Shown here one piece after another: positions 49,367 through 58,727 of a stretch of 58,727 bases of DNA (positions within the stretch are counted from its first letter, which is position 1; every line of letters starts with the position of its first letter). A program made the position numbers and the translations under genes. Where the stretch lies: NCBI GenBank assembly GCA_049614585.1, contig JBMZDY010000001.1, positions 1 to 58,727 of the forward strand. The letters run 5' to 3'. A model generated the notes under the pieces. It did not search any database and was not told the DNA's origin. It saw nothing but the letters and a program-made list of their open reading frames with translations. The stretch is from Oceanihabitans sp. (GTDB lineage Bacteria > Bacteroidota > Bacteroidia > Flavobacteriales > Flavobacteriaceae).

Positions 49367-49404
49367 AAAAACGCCATTAAATTATATAATTTAATGGCGT
49401 TTTT
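49367..49404. terminator. Bidirectional terminator (perfect 38-bp palindrome)
   Basis: AAAAACGCCATTAAATTAT|ATAATTTAATGGCGTTTTT between the convergent umuC and M13 peptidase genes. Confidence 0.85.
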
Positions 49405-49433
49405 AATATTAAGGGTATAGCTTAATTAAAGGC

Positions 49434-51497
49434 TTACCAAATGCGTACTCGTTTTTCTGGAGCAAGGTACATTTTGTCTCCTTCTTTAATATCGAATGCT
49501 TCATAGAATGCATCAATATTTTTTAGAGGTTGTATTGCTCTTTGAATTCCTGGCGAATGCGGATCTGTTTTTACTTGAGTACGTAAAGCATCTGGTCTTG
49601 TTAAAGTTCTCCAAACGGTAGCCCAAGACATAAAGAAACGTTGTTCTGCTGTAAAGCCATCGATGTCTTCTGGTCTTCCGTTTTCTTTAAAGTGTAATTG
49701 CAAACCATCGTAAGCACCAAGCACACCACCTAAATCACCAATGTTTTCTCCTAAAGTAAATTTACCATTAATATACACACTATCCATTACTTCTATAGCG
49801 CTATATTGCTCTGCAAGTGCATCGCCACGTTTTGTAAATTCTTCAAGGTCTGTTTCTGTCCACCAGTTTTTTAAGTTTCCGTCACCGTCAAAACGTGCAC
49901 CAGAATCATCAAAAGCATGCGATATTTCGTGTCCTATTACTGCTCCAATTCCACCATAATTTACAGCTTCGTCTGCTGTATAATTGTAAAAAGGAGGTTG
50001 TAATATTGCTGCTGGAAAAACAATTTCGTTATTAGAAGGGTTAAAATAAGCATTTACCATTTGTGGTGGCATTCCCCATTCTTTTTTATCTACAGGCTCG
50101 TTAATTTCAGATAAATTATTTTCGGTAGACCATTTTCCTACTGCAAGCATGTTTTCGGCATAGGAGTTTCCTTCTTTTACCATTAGTTTTGAATAGTCTT
50201 CCCACTCGTCTGGATATGCAATTTTAACGGTAAATTTATCTAGTTTTTCAATAGCTTTCACTTTGGTGTCTTCACTCATCCATTCTAGTTTTTTAATTCT
50301 ATGTTGGAAAGCTGTAATTACATTAGCAATCATTTTTTCTGCTTTTGCTTTTGCTTCTGGCGGAAATTTAGATTCTACATATAATTTTCCTATTGCTTCT
50401 CCTACCGAACCAGTTACGGTTCCTAGAGCACGCTCGTCTGCGGCTTTCATAGATTTTGCTCCTCGTAATGTTTTAGAGTAAAAATCCCAATTCGCTTTTT
50501 CTATATCTGTAGATAAATATCCTGTTGCACCATTAAGTGTGCTCCAAGTCATTAATGTTTTTATATCGTCTATAGATGTGCTAGTTAAAAAGTTTTGTAA
50601 TGCAGTCATGTATTTAGGTTGCATTACGTTTATAGTTCCTAGGTCTTTTGTAATTCCTAAATCGGCTACAAATTTTTCCCAATTAATTGCTGGTGTTAGT
50701 TTTTGTAAATCGGCAATTGTCATTGGGTTATTGTAGTTACGTGCATCACGCATAGCAACTTTGTCTAAACGTGGTTCTGCCAACTGTGTTTCTAGTGCTA
50801 ATATTTTTGTAGCGGCTGTTTTGGCATCAGCTTCGTTATAATCTATAAATTGAAGCATACGTGTTATATGATCTACATATTGCTGTCTTATCTCTTTAGA
50901 TTTTTCGTCTTGATCTAAATAGTAATCGCGTTGTAGCCCTAGTCCTGCGGCATATACCCAAGCCATATTCATACTACTATCGTTAAGGTTACTTGAAGAT
51001 GCTAAGCCTGCAAATGGCGCAGAAACACCTATGGTTTTAGCATAAGCGGTTTGCATGTCTTCTAAGTTTTTTATGCTTTTAACAACATCTAGTATTGGTA
51101 ATAATGGCTTTATGCCAGCTTCGTTTCTAGCGACAGTATCTAATTCTGTTTCGTAAATTAATAAGGCCTTTTTTTGATCGCTTCCTTCAGCGTAAGCACC
51201 TAATTCTTTTGAGGTATTAATAATATCTAATACATCTTTTCTTGTAGATTTACGTAAAACACCAAATCCGCCCCAACGGGTTTCATCGTCTGGAATTGCG
51301 GTTGTTTTTACCCAGTTTCCGTTTACGTAATTGTAAAAATCGTCTTTTGGATTTACGTTTGTATCCATGTTTTCCAGTACAATTCCTGGAATTTTTTCAA
51401 CTTGAGCAACATCTTTTTTGGCATCTTCTTTACAAGCAACAAGACTAAAAAGAGCAGCTGCACCAAGCAGAGCGGTTTTTTTTAAGTTGGTTTTCAT
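49434..51497 (-). CDS. M13 family zinc metallopeptidase (PepO/neprilysin-like), lipoprotein
   Basis: Lipobox LVAC; DDFYNYVNG, VNAYF, HEISH, GENIGD and DPHSP motifs. Confidence 0.95.
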   Translation of the reverse strand: MKTNLKKTALLGAAALFSLVACKEDAKKDVAQVEKIPGIVLENMDTNVNPKDDFYNYVNGNWVKTTAIPDDETRWGGFGVLRKSTRKDVLDIINTSKELGAYAEGSDQKKALLIYETELDTVARNEAGIKPLLPILDVVKSIKNLEDMQTAYAKTIGVSAPFAGLASSSNLNDSSMNMAWVYAAGLGLQRDYYLDQDEKSKEIRQQYVDHITRMLQFIDYNEADAKTAATKILALETQLAEPRLDKVAMRDARNYNNPMTIADLQKLTPAINWEKFVADLGITKDLGTINVMQPKYMTALQNFLTSTSIDDIKTLMTWSTLNGATGYLSTDIEKANWDFYSKTLRGAKSMKAADERALGTVTGSVGEAIGKLYVESKFPPEAKAKAEKMIANVITAFQHRIKKLEWMSEDTKVKAIEKLDKFTVKIAYPDEWEDYSKLMVKEGNSYAENMLAVGKWSTENNLSEINEPVDKKEWGMPPQMVNAYFNPSNNEIVFPAAILQPPFYNYTADEAVNYGGIGAVIGHEISHAFDDSGARFDGDGNLKNWWTETDLEEFTKRGDALAEQYSAIEVMDSVYINGKFTLGENIGDLGGVLGAYDGLQLHFKENGRPEDIDGFTAEQRFFMSWATVWRTLTRPDALRTQVKTDPHSPGIQRAIQPLKNIDAFYEAFDIKEGDKMYLAPEKRVRIW

Positions 51498-51600
51498 TAT
51501 ATAGTGTTTAAAATTTACGTCATCAATGTACTACTTTATTAGCAGTATTGCGGTATTAGCGCTACTTCTTAACAAAAAATTAATAAAAGAATGCTAGTAG

Positions 51601-52128
51601 CTACTCGTTCTTATTTTTTAGTTTATTAATTATTAAACTATCGGTAGTTTTTTTAAGGTTTACCACTTGTGTAACGTTTTGGTTAGGTATGGTAATCGAT
51701 AGTACATAGTGCGCTATTTTCCATGTATTGTTTTCCATTATTAACACACCAGAACCTCTACAAATTTCCATTTGGGTGTCTAGCAACTCGTCGAACCAAG
51801 CAATTTTATTATCGTTAGAAAGGTAAATATTTCTTTCTATTGCTGTAAAACTCCATGCTTTCCCTTTGTCGAAATAAGGTTTAGAAAATGCTTTAAAAGC
51901 TTTGTTTTGCCAGTTTTCGGTAGCATCTGTACCAAGAAAAACACCTTCTTTAGTCATTAAATTAAAATATGCATCAAAATTAGCATTTGCAGCAGCTTGA
52001 TGCCAAGCATCTAGGTTTTTACTAATTTCTTTTTTAGCTTCTAAAGGTGAAATATTCTGCTTTATTTCTTCCTTTTTAGTACAAGAAAGGCAAGTTGCTA
52101 ATAGAAAAAATAAAGTTATATTTTTCAT
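51601..52128 (-). CDS. NTF2/SnoaL-like lipoprotein
   Basis: Lipobox CLSC; LDAWHQAAA, FLGTD, AWFDELL and WKIAHY. Confidence 0.82.
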   Translation of the reverse strand: MKNITLFFLLATCLSCTKKEEIKQNISPLEAKKEISKNLDAWHQAAANANFDAYFNLMTKEGVFLGTDATENWQNKAFKAFSKPYFDKGKAWSFTAIERNIYLSNDNKIAWFDELLDTQMEICRGSGVLIMENNTWKIAHYVLSITIPNQNVTQVVNLKKTTDSLIINKLKNKNE

Positions 52129-52130
52129 GA

Positions 52131-52646
52131 TTAATATGGTTTTTCAATTTTTTGAGAATCTTTTTCGAACTTTTTATTAATTTGAAAATTAAGATTTGAA
52201 AACGAAACTAAAAACTCTTTGGTAACAGCAAGGAGCTCTTTTTTTGCTGGTTTTGTTAAGTTTGTTTCCGATTCTAATTTAAGCATTTTTGTTTTTAAAG
52301 TTAACAATCTAGCCCTTATTAGTGGTGTGTTTATACCTTGTGGAAGGGTTTCGTTTAACTCGTTTACTAATGCTAAAACAATTTCGTTGTTATTAATAAA
52401 AAAAGAGAAATTGGCATTATTTATTTTAGTAACAACACCTTCTAGTTCTTGGTATTTTTGCCACGAATCTATAGTTTTTGTGGCTTTTGTATCTAAAATA
52501 AATTGCGAATAGCTTAATTTAGAAATATCTTCTTTTGTAATTGGTAAATTGGTTTGCTCTTGTTTAATGCTTATTTCTGAAGAATTGCTAGGTTCTTTAC
52601 AAGAAAAAAAGAAAAAAAGAACTGTAATATATAGTAATATTCTCAT
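52131..52646 (-). CDS. Hypothetical lipoprotein
   Basis: Lipobox FFSC; helical body; preceded by TATATTTG on the minus strand (52669-52676). Confidence 0.7.
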   Translation of the reverse strand: MRILLYITVLFFFFSCKEPSNSSEISIKQEQTNLPITKEDISKLSYSQFILDTKATKTIDSWQKYQELEGVVTKINNANFSFFINNNEIVLALVNELNETLPQGINTPLIRARLLTLKTKMLKLESETNLTKPAKKELLAVTKEFLVSFSNLNFQINKKFEKDSQKIEKPY

Positions 52647-52798
52647 TGTTTTTATGCTGTAATATCTACAAATATATTGTATTCCAGTTTTTTAATTATA
52701 CTATTTAAGAAATAATTTACTTCCTGTTTTTTTAAGTAAATTTTACATATTACTCATTAAATTCTTGTTACTTTTGAATTTCTTAATACAAATAATTA

Positions 52799-53743
52799 AT
52801 GACTTCAAAAATATTAATAATTGGTGCTTGTGGCCAAATAGGATCGGAACTTACCTATAAACTTAGAGAAATTTATGGCGTAGAAAATGTAATTGCTAGT
52901 GATATTAATACCAGAAAATTAGACCTAGTAAACTCGGGACCTTTTGAAATAATAGATGCCAAAAACTATAATGCTATTAAAGATTGCTGTAAAAATAACA
53001 ATGTAAAAACGGTATATTTAATGGCTGCTTTACTAAGCGCAACAGGAGAAAAATACCCAATGGAAGCGTGGGATTTAAACATGAACTCTTTATTTCACGT
53101 ATTAAATATTGCTAAAGAAAAAATAATTGACAAAATATTTTGGCCTTCCAGTATAGCTGTTTTTGGCCCAACAACACCAAAAGAGCAAACCCCACAACAT
53201 ACCATTATGGAGCCTACTACAGTTTATGGTATTACTAAGCAAGTTGGCGAACGTTGGTGTGAATATTACCACAATAAATACAATGTAGATGTACGAAGTT
53301 TACGTTATCCAGGGATAATAAGTTGGAAAACGTTGCCAGGAGGAGGAACTACCGATTATGCTGTAGAGATTTACCACGAAGCACTTAAAAACAAAACCTA
53401 CAATTGTTTTTTAAATGCCGAAACCGAATTGCCAATGATGTATATGGAAGATGCTATAAACGCTACTGTTGCTATAATGCAGGCGCCAACAAATGCAATT
53501 AAAATTAGATCGGCTTATAACCTTTCTGCAATTAGTTTTACACCAAAACAAATAGCAGAATCTATACAAAAGCACATTCCAGAATTTACAATAAATTATA
53601 AACCAGATTTTAGGCAAGCTATTGCAGATACTTGGCCAAAGAGTATAGACGATACTACAGCACAACAAGATTGGAACTGGAAATACAATTATAATTTAGA
53701 CGCAATCACTAAAGAAATGCTAAGCCAATTAGCTGAAAATTAG
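52799..53743 (+). CDS. Extended-SDR NAD-dependent enzyme, probably L-threonine 3-dehydrogenase
   Basis: GACGQIG, AALLSATGE, PSSIAVFG, YGITK and PGGGTTDY; promoter-like TACTTTTG at 52769-52776. Confidence 0.85.
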   Translation: MTSKILIIGACGQIGSELTYKLREIYGVENVIASDINTRKLDLVNSGPFEIIDAKNYNAIKDCCKNNNVKTVYLMAALLSATGEKYPMEAWDLNMNSLFHVLNIAKEKIIDKIFWPSSIAVFGPTTPKEQTPQHTIMEPTTVYGITKQVGERWCEYYHNKYNVDVRSLRYPGIISWKTLPGGGTTDYAVEIYHEALKNKTYNCFLNAETELPMMYMEDAINATVAIMQAPTNAIKIRSAYNLSAISFTPKQIAESIQKHIPEFTINYKPDFRQAIADTWPKSIDDTTAQQDWNWKYNYNLDAITKEMLSQLAEN

Positions 53744-53809
53744 TTTGTTTAAATAAAACTTTGGCACTATATTAGCTTATAGCAGTAAAAACAATTAAAT
53801 ATATATATT

Positions 53810-54415
53810 ATGAAAAAATTAGTATCCATTACATTTCTATTATTTTTTACTACCATAATGGTTGGTCAAAAAGCCAAAGTATTAGAAGGAGATTGGAAAA
53901 GCTTAAAAGGAAATGCTACGTACAACTTAGTGTTTGATTATTCAGATTTAGAAATTCCGAAGTATAAAAACGAAGAAGAATTTTTAAAAGATAAAATGAA
54001 AAAACGAGACGATAAAAATCCAGGAACTGGAGAAAAATTTAAAAAGTCTTGGTTTGCAGACAGAGAAAATCGTTACGAGCCTAAATTTATAGAATCATTT
54101 AATAAACGTTGGAAAAACGATGAAGTTCAAGTAGGGAAAAATTTAGAATCTGCAGAATATACCATTAAAGTACACACTACTTTTATGTATGCTGGTTACA
54201 ATGTAGGTGTAGTAAGAAAAAACTCTAAAATAGACGCAGTAATTTCTGTTTATAAAAACGGCGAACCAAATAATGTAATCTTTAAAGTTAAATATACAAA
54301 AGCAGAAGGTAATGGCGCTTTTGGTAACGATTACGATTCTGGTTATAGAATCTCGGAAGCTTATGCGAAACTTGCAAAAACATTTGCAGCGCATTTAAAG
54401 AAAAAAACAAAATAA
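53810..54415 (+). CDS. Secreted hypothetical protein
   Basis: Signal peptide, 201 aa, followed by a terminator. Confidence 0.72.
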   Translation: MKKLVSITFLLFFTTIMVGQKAKVLEGDWKSLKGNATYNLVFDYSDLEIPKYKNEEEFLKDKMKKRDDKNPGTGEKFKKSWFADRENRYEPKFIESFNKRWKNDEVQVGKNLESAEYTIKVHTTFMYAGYNVGVVRKNSKIDAVISVYKNGEPNNVIFKVKYTKAEGNGAFGNDYDSGYRISEAYAKLAKTFAAHLKKKTK

Positions 54416-54432
54416 ATTTTTGTGTAAATACT

Positions 54433-54466
54433 AAAAAAGGCAGCTTCATTTGAAGCTGCCTTTTTT
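54433..54466. terminator. Bidirectional intrinsic terminator
   Basis: AAAAAAGGCAGCTTCA-tt-TGAAGCTGCCTTTTTT between convergent genes. Confidence 0.88.
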
Positions 54467-54491
54467 TATTAAATAGGTTTTGTAAATAGTA

Positions 54492-55631
54492 TTACCCTAA
54501 AGCTTGTTGTAGATCTGCAATTAAATCTGCTTCATCTTCAATACCAACACTTAATCGAATAAGCGAATCGACAACACCGGTTTTTTCACGTTCTTCTTTA
54601 GGTATACTAGCATGCGTCATACTAGCTGGGTGCCCAGAAAGCGACTCTACGCCTCCAAGAGATTCTGCTAAAGTGAATATTTTTAATTTTTCTACTACTT
54701 TAATTGCTTCATTATAGTTATTCCCCTTTGTAGTAAAAGATAGCATGCCACCAAAATCTTTCATTTGTGCTTTTGCTATTTCGTGGTTTGGGTGGGTTTC
54801 AAAACCAGGCCAATATACGTTTTCAACTTTTGGATGATTAGCTAAATAATTAGCAACTGCTTTTCCGTTTTCACAATGGCGTTGCATGCGTACGTGTAAT
54901 GTTTTTATCCCTCGTAAAACCAAGAAGCTATCTTGCGGCCCGCAAACTGCTCCACTTGCATTTTGTATAAAATAAAGTTTATCGGCTAAATCTTTATCTT
55001 TCACTGCTAATGCGCCCATAACTACATCACTGTGGCCGCCAAGATATTTAGTTGCAGAGTGCATTACAATATCTGCACCTAAATCTAGAGGTTGTTGTAA
55101 ATATGGTGTTGCAAAAGTATTATCGACAGCTAAAAGAACATTGTGCTTTTTTGCAATGTTGGCAGTAGCTTTAATATCTATAATATTTAGCATTGGGTTG
55201 GTTGGTGTTTCTACCCAAATTAATTTTGTATTGTTATTTATATAGCTCTCAATATTAGAAGCGTTTTGCATACCAATAAAGTGAAACTTTATACCAAACG
55301 TTTCAAATATTTTGGTAAATAACCTGTAGGTTCCACCATATAAATCGTTTGTAGAAATAACTTCGTCTCCAGGTTTTAAAAGTTTTACAACAGCATCTAT
55401 TGCTGCAAGACCAGAGCCAAAAGCAAGTCCGTGATTTCCATTTTCTATACTAGCAAAAGCGTTTTCTAAAGCATTTCTGGTTGGGTTATGCGTTCTTGAG
55501 TATTCGTAACCTTTATGTCCACCAGGAGTACTTTGTGCATAGGTAGAAGTTTGGTATATAGGTGGCATTACCGAACCGTAAGCAGGATCGTGTTTTTGGC
55601 CTCCATGTATTGTTTTGGTATTAAATTTCAT
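54492..55631 (-). CDS. Cystathionine gamma-synthase/gamma-lyase family PLP enzyme
   Basis: PPIYQTST, YSRTHNPT, ETPTNP, VDNTFATP, HSATKYLGGHSD and AESLGGVESL motifs. Confidence 0.94.
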   Translation of the reverse strand: MKFNTKTIHGGQKHDPAYGSVMPPIYQTSTYAQSTPGGHKGYEYSRTHNPTRNALENAFASIENGNHGLAFGSGLAAIDAVVKLLKPGDEVISTNDLYGGTYRLFTKIFETFGIKFHFIGMQNASNIESYINNNTKLIWVETPTNPMLNIIDIKATANIAKKHNVLLAVDNTFATPYLQQPLDLGADIVMHSATKYLGGHSDVVMGALAVKDKDLADKLYFIQNASGAVCGPQDSFLVLRGIKTLHVRMQRHCENGKAVANYLANHPKVENVYWPGFETHPNHEIAKAQMKDFGGMLSFTTKGNNYNEAIKVVEKLKIFTLAESLGGVESLSGHPASMTHASIPKEEREKTGVVDSLIRLSVGIEDEADLIADLQQALG

Positions 55632-55730
55632 TTTGTATAAGCTTTTAATTCCAACAAAAATAACTTTTAATTCGTTGGTTTCAAACGGAAATAATATCTT
55701 TAATCTTTGTTTAACTTTTAGTTAGTTTTT

Positions 55731-56459
55731 GTGTTGAAATATTTTTCTTTAGTTATATGTGTTTTCCTAGTATTTTCCTGTAAAAAAAAATCGGATACTA
55801 TGGTTTTTTCTGAAATTAATATTTTAAATGAAACCGCATCTGTAATAGAAATTAATATTCCGAAAGCGGTTGGTAATTCTAATACAGCAAAAGCAATTAA
55901 TAACTCTTTGGTTGGTTTTGTAAATACTGCATTACATATAGATACTGCAGAGAATAATAAAGAAACTATAGCGGAAAGCATTGTTGCTTTTAATAAAGCC
56001 TATGCAAATTTTAATGCATTTATTTCTGAAGAACTTCGAGAAGAACTACCAACTTGGGAAGCCTTAATAGATGGCGAAGTAGTTTACAATAGCCCAGAGA
56101 TTATAAGTATAGCAATAAATTCTAGTATAAATACAGGAGCAGCAAATAGTAAAATGCTTTTAAAGTTTTACAATTTTAATCCGCAAACGGGAGATTTACT
56201 TACTACAAAAAATGTAGTTAAAAATCTTTCGGAATTTACAGCATTGGCAAAAAAATATTACACCAAAGAAGTAGGTTCTACGTTTATAAATGCCAATAGT
56301 TTTTTAAGCACCAATACTTTTAAACTCCCAGAAAATTTAGGATTTAATGAAGAAGGAGTAATTCTTTTATTTACCAATTTTAATGCAACTGGTTTCGAAA
56401 ACGAAATGCTAGAATTTGTAATTCCTTACGAAGTTGCAAATGCATATCTTAATTTTTAA
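55731..56459 (+). CDS. DUF4163/DUF3298 (RsiV/PdaC-like) lipoprotein
   Basis: Lipobox VFSC; NTGAA...YNFNPQTG, LPENLGFNEEGV and FVIPYE. Confidence 0.7.
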   Translation: MLKYFSLVICVFLVFSCKKKSDTMVFSEINILNETASVIEINIPKAVGNSNTAKAINNSLVGFVNTALHIDTAENNKETIAESIVAFNKAYANFNAFISEELREELPTWEALIDGEVVYNSPEIISIAINSSINTGAANSKMLLKFYNFNPQTGDLLTTKNVVKNLSEFTALAKKYYTKEVGSTFINANSFLSTNTFKLPENLGFNEEGVILLFTNFNATGFENEMLEFVIPYEVANAYLNF

Positions 56460-56915
56460 TTATAACGATTTTTTTAAAGCAAGTATATAGCCTAAGTGAA
56501 TTCCTTCATGAAAATTGTTAAACGAAATAGCTTCTTCTACATTGGTTAATGTGCTTTTAGTAGTAACCGTATATTCGTTATACTTTTGAAACACTTTATT
56601 GGCATAATCCTCCTTTGTTTTATCAATAGTAGAAAAAAGCAACCCTTTAATTTCGTCTACTTCTACTTGACTTAAATCGCGTTCGGTTTTTGTACCTTTT
56701 CTAAAAGTAGCAATCATCTCGTCGGTTAAAACCGAAGGCAAGCCAGAGAGTTTATAAACTAATAATTGTTGTGTAACAATAGTATGTGCAACATTCCAAA
56801 TTATATTGTTATTAAACCCTTTAGGTACTTTGTTTAGCTGCTCTAAAGTGTAATTATCTAAAAAAGAGTGCAGTATTTTTCTGTTTTTTATTGCAATATC
56901 AAAAGCCCAATTCAT
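56460..56915 (-). CDS. DinB/YfiT family protein
   Basis: NNIIWNVAH and FHEGIHLGYI His motifs. Confidence 0.85.
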   Translation of the reverse strand: MNWAFDIAIKNRKILHSFLDNYTLEQLNKVPKGFNNNIIWNVAHTIVTQQLLVYKLSGLPSVLTDEMIATFRKGTKTERDLSQVEVDEIKGLLFSTIDKTKEDYANKVFQKYNEYTVTTKSTLTNVEEAISFNNFHEGIHLGYILALKKSL

Positions 56916-56975
56916 CGTTTTTTTATTTTATATAAAAGTAATATTTTTAGCTTAAAAACACGTTCTTTGTTCCGT

Positions 56976-57002
56976 ATAAAATTCTATGAAATAGAATTTT
57001 AT
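56976..57002. promoter_or_regulatory. Perfect 12-3-12 inverted repeat in a divergent intergenic region (candidate operator)
   Basis: ATAAAATTCTAT-gaa-ATAGAATTTTAT. Confidence 0.45.
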
Positions 57003-57019
57003 TTTTAGCAAAAGTATCT

Positions 57020-57373
57020 ATGAATAAAGTTTATTACTTAAAAACCTGTAGTACCTGTGTTCGAATTTTAAAAGAAGTACAACTTCCTTTAGATTTTGAA
57101 TTACAAGACATAAAAAAAGAGGCAATTACAGTTAAGCAACTTGAAGAATTACATGCACTTTCTGGAAGCTATGAAGCACTATTTAGTAAGCGTTCTAAGT
57201 TATACAAGGAAATGGATTTAAAAAACCAAAACTTAAGCGAAAAAGATTACAAACACTATATTTTAGAGCATTATACATTTTTAAGTCGCCCCGTTTTTAT
57301 TATAAATAACGTTGTTTTTATTGGTAATTCTAAAACCAATATTGCAGCTGTAAAACAAGCATTAAATGAGTAG
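57020..57373 (+). CDS. ArsC/Spx/YffB family thioredoxin-fold protein
   Basis: TCSTC motif, LFSKRS and FLSRPV. Confidence 0.88.
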   Translation: MNKVYYLKTCSTCVRILKEVQLPLDFELQDIKKEAITVKQLEELHALSGSYEALFSKRSKLYKEMDLKNQNLSEKDYKHYILEHYTFLSRPVFIINNVVFIGNSKTNIAAVKQALNE

Positions 57374-58259
57374 AAGAAACTTTGCATTACTAGCAGTTTT
57401 TTTAGTGCAATTGCTATATGGCTTAAATTATACTTTTGCAAAATTTATAATGAATGCAGGACATGTAAAACCCTTTGGTTTAGTGCTTCTACGCGTGTTG
57501 GGAGCTACTGTATTATTTTGGATATTAGGTAGTTTTATGCCTAAAGAAAAGATAGATAAAAAAGATTATAAAACCTTTTTCTTAGCAGCAATTTTTGGTG
57601 TAGTTACCAATATGTTATTATTTTTAAAAGGCTTAGAACTTACAACACCAATACATGCTTCTGTAATTATTACAATAACTCCAATAATAATATTAGTGTT
57701 TTCGGCATTTTTTTTAAAAGAACGAATTACAGGCTTAAAAATATTAGGTATTATTTTAGGGTTTTCGGGAGCAGTAATACTTACCGTTTACGGGAAATCT
57801 ACTCGTGCTGCAGATAATGTGTTATTAGGAAACATTATGGTGTTTATTAATGCAATATCGTATAGTATTTACATAATAATAATTAAAAAATTAACCGAAA
57901 AATACCATCCTTTTACATTTATAAAATGGTTGTTTTTGTTTGGTTTAATAATGGTTACTCCTTTTGGGCTAGGTGAAGTAATAGAAGTGCAATGGCAAAC
58001 GTTTACACCATATGTGTATTTTTCAATAGGTTTTGTTGTAGTAGGAGCAACATTTGCTACCTATATGCTTAACCCATTAGCATTAACTCGTTTAAAAGCA
58101 TCAACCGTTGGAACATTTATTTATTTGCAACCAGTAATTGCTGGAGTATTTGCTATTACTATGGGAGTAGATGCAGTAAATACAATAAAAATAATGGCAA
58201 TGCTTTTAATTTTTGCAGGTGTTTACTTGGTAAGTAAATCGCCTAAATTAAAAGATTAA
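57366..58259 (+). CDS. DMT (EamA) family transporter
   Basis: About 10 TM helices in two repeats; FLKERI and FIYLQPV. Confidence 0.92.
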   Translation: MSRRNFALLAVFLVQLLYGLNYTFAKFIMNAGHVKPFGLVLLRVLGATVLFWILGSFMPKEKIDKKDYKTFFLAAIFGVVTNMLLFLKGLELTTPIHASVIITITPIIILVFSAFFLKERITGLKILGIILGFSGAVILTVYGKSTRAADNVLLGNIMVFINAISYSIYIIIIKKLTEKYHPFTFIKWLFLFGLIMVTPFGLGEVIEVQWQTFTPYVYFSIGFVVVGATFATYMLNPLALTRLKASTVGTFIYLQPVIAGVFAITMGVDAVNTIKIMAMLLIFAGVYLVSKSPKLKD

Positions 58260-58727
58260 ATTTTTGGGTTTACGGCCTTTTGCTCTAGTGTCTTCTTTGG
58301 TAAGTACTTTAAAATGCTCGCTTTTTGGAAAGGTATCTGCAAGCTTTAATAAAGCATCTGGTAAATTCGTCATTTTGCGTTCTTTTAAATCTATCCAAGC
58401 GCCAAACATTTCGCAAAACGCTAAGTTTTCACCTTTATGATTGTAAAAATTATGATCGAATTTAAAAAACGATCCATCTGCACTTAAACCAGAAACTTCT
58501 AAACTAACCGTAATTGGCTGCCCCATAAAAACTTCTTTAAAATAATGCATGTGCTCGTAAAAAACTACTGGGCCAATATTGTGTTTTGCTAGTTCTTTCA
58601 TGGTAAAACCATGCTCAATTAAAAAAGCCATTCTTGTATGACTCATAAAATTGGTATAAGCACTATTTGCTAAATGACGGTTTGCATCTACATCGCTCCA
58701 GCGAATTTCAAAAGGTTTGGTAAACAT
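58248..58727 (-). CDS. Acyl-CoA thioesterase (hot-dog fold)
   Basis: IRWSDVDANRHLANSAY motif. The ATG sits exactly at the window edge, so the start cannot be confirmed. Confidence 0.85.
   Translation of the reverse strand: MFTKPFEIRWSDVDANRHLANSAYTNFMSHTRMAFLIEHGFTMKELAKHNIGPVVFYEHMHYFKEVFMGQPITVSLEVSGLSADGSFFKFDHNFYNHKGENLAFCEMFGAWIDLKERKMTNLPDALLKLADTFPKSEHFKVLTKEDTRAKGRKPKNLIF

Noticed and set aside
55632-55730. SAM riboswitch upstream of the cystathionine synthase/lyase gene
   Set aside because: The spacer is about 100 nt, nearly all AT, is shared with a divergent gene and has no recognisable aptamer core
29057-56915. recO, recX, umuC and a DinB-family gene as a DNA-damage island
   Set aside because: They are scattered in different transcription units with no shared upstream motif, and DinB/YfiT-family proteins are not polymerases

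Overview
Very AT-rich chromosomal window with the gene content and TAnnTTTG promoter motifs of a Bacteroidota (Flavobacteriaceae-type) genome. Bases 1-24062 hold most of a flexirubin-type (aryl polyene / dialkylresorcinol) pigment cluster that runs off the left edge. It includes a tyrosine ammonia-lyase, several ketosynthases and chain-length-factor-like partners, two ACPs, FabG, hot-dog dehydratases, DarA/DarB, a methyltransferase, a BtrH-like protein, an ABC exporter, a LolA-like protein and a divergent flavin-dependent halogenase-like gene. One beta-barrel gene in the cluster is interrupted by a single in-frame TAA. Next come gdhA and a porZ-recO-TonB receptor operon. These are followed by a biotin locus (bioF, bioD, bioA, bioB) with no recognisable pimelate-supply gene (bioC/H/W/I/Z). 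It instead carries an intact FabF-type ketosynthase, a secreted alpha/beta hydrolase and a downstream JmjC-type oxygenase, and is the best candidate here for an undescribed pathway. The rest is recX, a 2252-aa T9SS-secreted surface protein, an orphan umuC, an M13 peptidase and housekeeping genes. No rRNA, tRNA, CRISPR array or transposase was recognised. All calls come from reading motifs by eye; no database searches were run.
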